Source: Trichoplax adhaerens | Taxonomy: Eukaryota > Animalia > Placozoa | Direction of reading: 5' to 3' | Assembly (NCBI RefSeq): GCF_000150275.1 | Contig: NW_002060957.1 | Span: forward strand, 294,970 to 358,969 | DNA: 64,000 bases | Part shown: piece by piece, positions 62,930 through 64,000 of the stretch | Numbering within the stretch: the stretch's first letter is position 1 | Layout: every line of letters begins with the position of its first letter | Made by a program: the position numbers and the translations under genes | Notes under the pieces: model-generated | Database searches by the model: none | Seen by the model: only the letters and a program-made list of their open reading frames with translations | What the model was told of the DNA's origin: nothing

Positions 62930-63625
62930 TACAGTAGGATACAGAGGACTCACTTCAATTTGTCTCACCGGATAGTATCTTAATATCTCAAGAATAGCGC
63001 ATTAGTAATACGCCAGCTGCAGTAGGACACGGTAACAATTCCTACACATGTTAATGATAACACTGGCTCGTAAGACGATGCAGCAGCACTCTAGCAGATA
63101 CGATAGCTAAGCCGTCTGCTGGACTGTGCCAGCAGCATTATTCTTGAAATGCTTGGCTAACGCACAGTATAGTAGGTGTTTCCAATCGAAGTGAATTCCT
63201 TAGCTTTTTTACCAATGGCTTAACTATTCCACCATTTGACTCGCCATCCCGGCAATCGACTTACACATACAGTAGTATCAACTATGGACTACAGCCATAC
63301 AGCGTAAAACTAACCTACTTGAGCGATAACCTACCAACTATTGCTGGATTACATCACACTGGACTGATGAAAGTCAGCAAGAGATAATTTTATACTCATC
63401 AATGGACACCGGTTCAAGCATTGTAGTGATTTCAGCTCACTACAGTAATTTTACTACAAACATACATATAGTATTGGTGTGATTCCATTTCTTAAATTGA
63501 AACACGACACATCAGTAACTGATTGATTGAATGTCGTGTTGAATTCTGATATTCTTTCATTGCTGTTTTTATTATATCAATTTTCCCCCTATAGTATATT
63601 GAAGGTACTACTACAGTACTGTATG

Positions 63626-64000
63626 TTTATTAGCATTTCAAACATTTGGATGGCAAAGCACATAGGAATTGTTACCATGTACTTTGACTGTTCTTGCATG
63701 GATAGCAGCTACCTATTGCTATAACGTATAGCATTGTTACTGTACTGTAACTTTATTAGCATTTCAAACATTTGGATGGCAAAGCACATAGGAATTATTA
63801 CCATGTACTTTGACTGTTTTTGCATGGATAGCAGCTACCTATTGCTATAACGTATAGCATTGTTACTGTACTGTAACTTTATTAGCATTTCAAACATTTG
63901 GATGGCAAAGCACATAGGAATTATTACCATGTACTTTGACTGTTTTTGCATGGATAGCAGCTACCTATTGCTATAACGTATAGCATTGTTACTGTACTGA
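63626..64000. repeat. 126-bp tandem repeat, at least 3 near-identical copies, running to the window end
   Basis: TTTATTAGCATTTCAAACATTTGGATGGCAAAGCACATAGG at 63626, 63752 and 63878. Confidence 0.95.

Overview
AT-rich eukaryotic (animal) genomic DNA with compact, intron-rich genes. Most internal introns are about 65-150 bp and first introns are about 0.6-1.6 kb. The gene set and composition suggest an early-branching metazoan, most likely a placozoan such as Trichoplax (inference). I reconstructed nine spliced or single-exon genes by hand: the 3' part of a HERC1-like giant E3 ligase (+), a ZNF474-like triple-paired C2HC finger gene (-), a CaMKIV-derived probable pseudokinase (+), Snurportin-1 (-), NAA35/MAK10 (+), COPS2 (-), CHAF1A (+), HAUS1 (-) and an orphan rhodopsin-class GPCR (+). 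Non-coding features include 144-, 83-, 194- and 126-bp tandem repeats and a cluster of MITE-like elements in the COPS2/CHAF1A divergent spacer. The most interesting observations are: dense TA-CAG-TA / TA-CTG-TA arrays that look like accumulated Tc1/mariner-type excision footprints next to a CAG...CTG-ended MITE; an intact CaMK4-like pseudokinase head-to-head with the ZNF474-like gene across an X-box; a duplicated stop-containing exon in NAA35; and vertebrate-style cell-cycle promoter motifs. No prokaryotic systems, CRISPR arrays, tRNAs or rRNAs were found. Exon boundaries are manual predictions.
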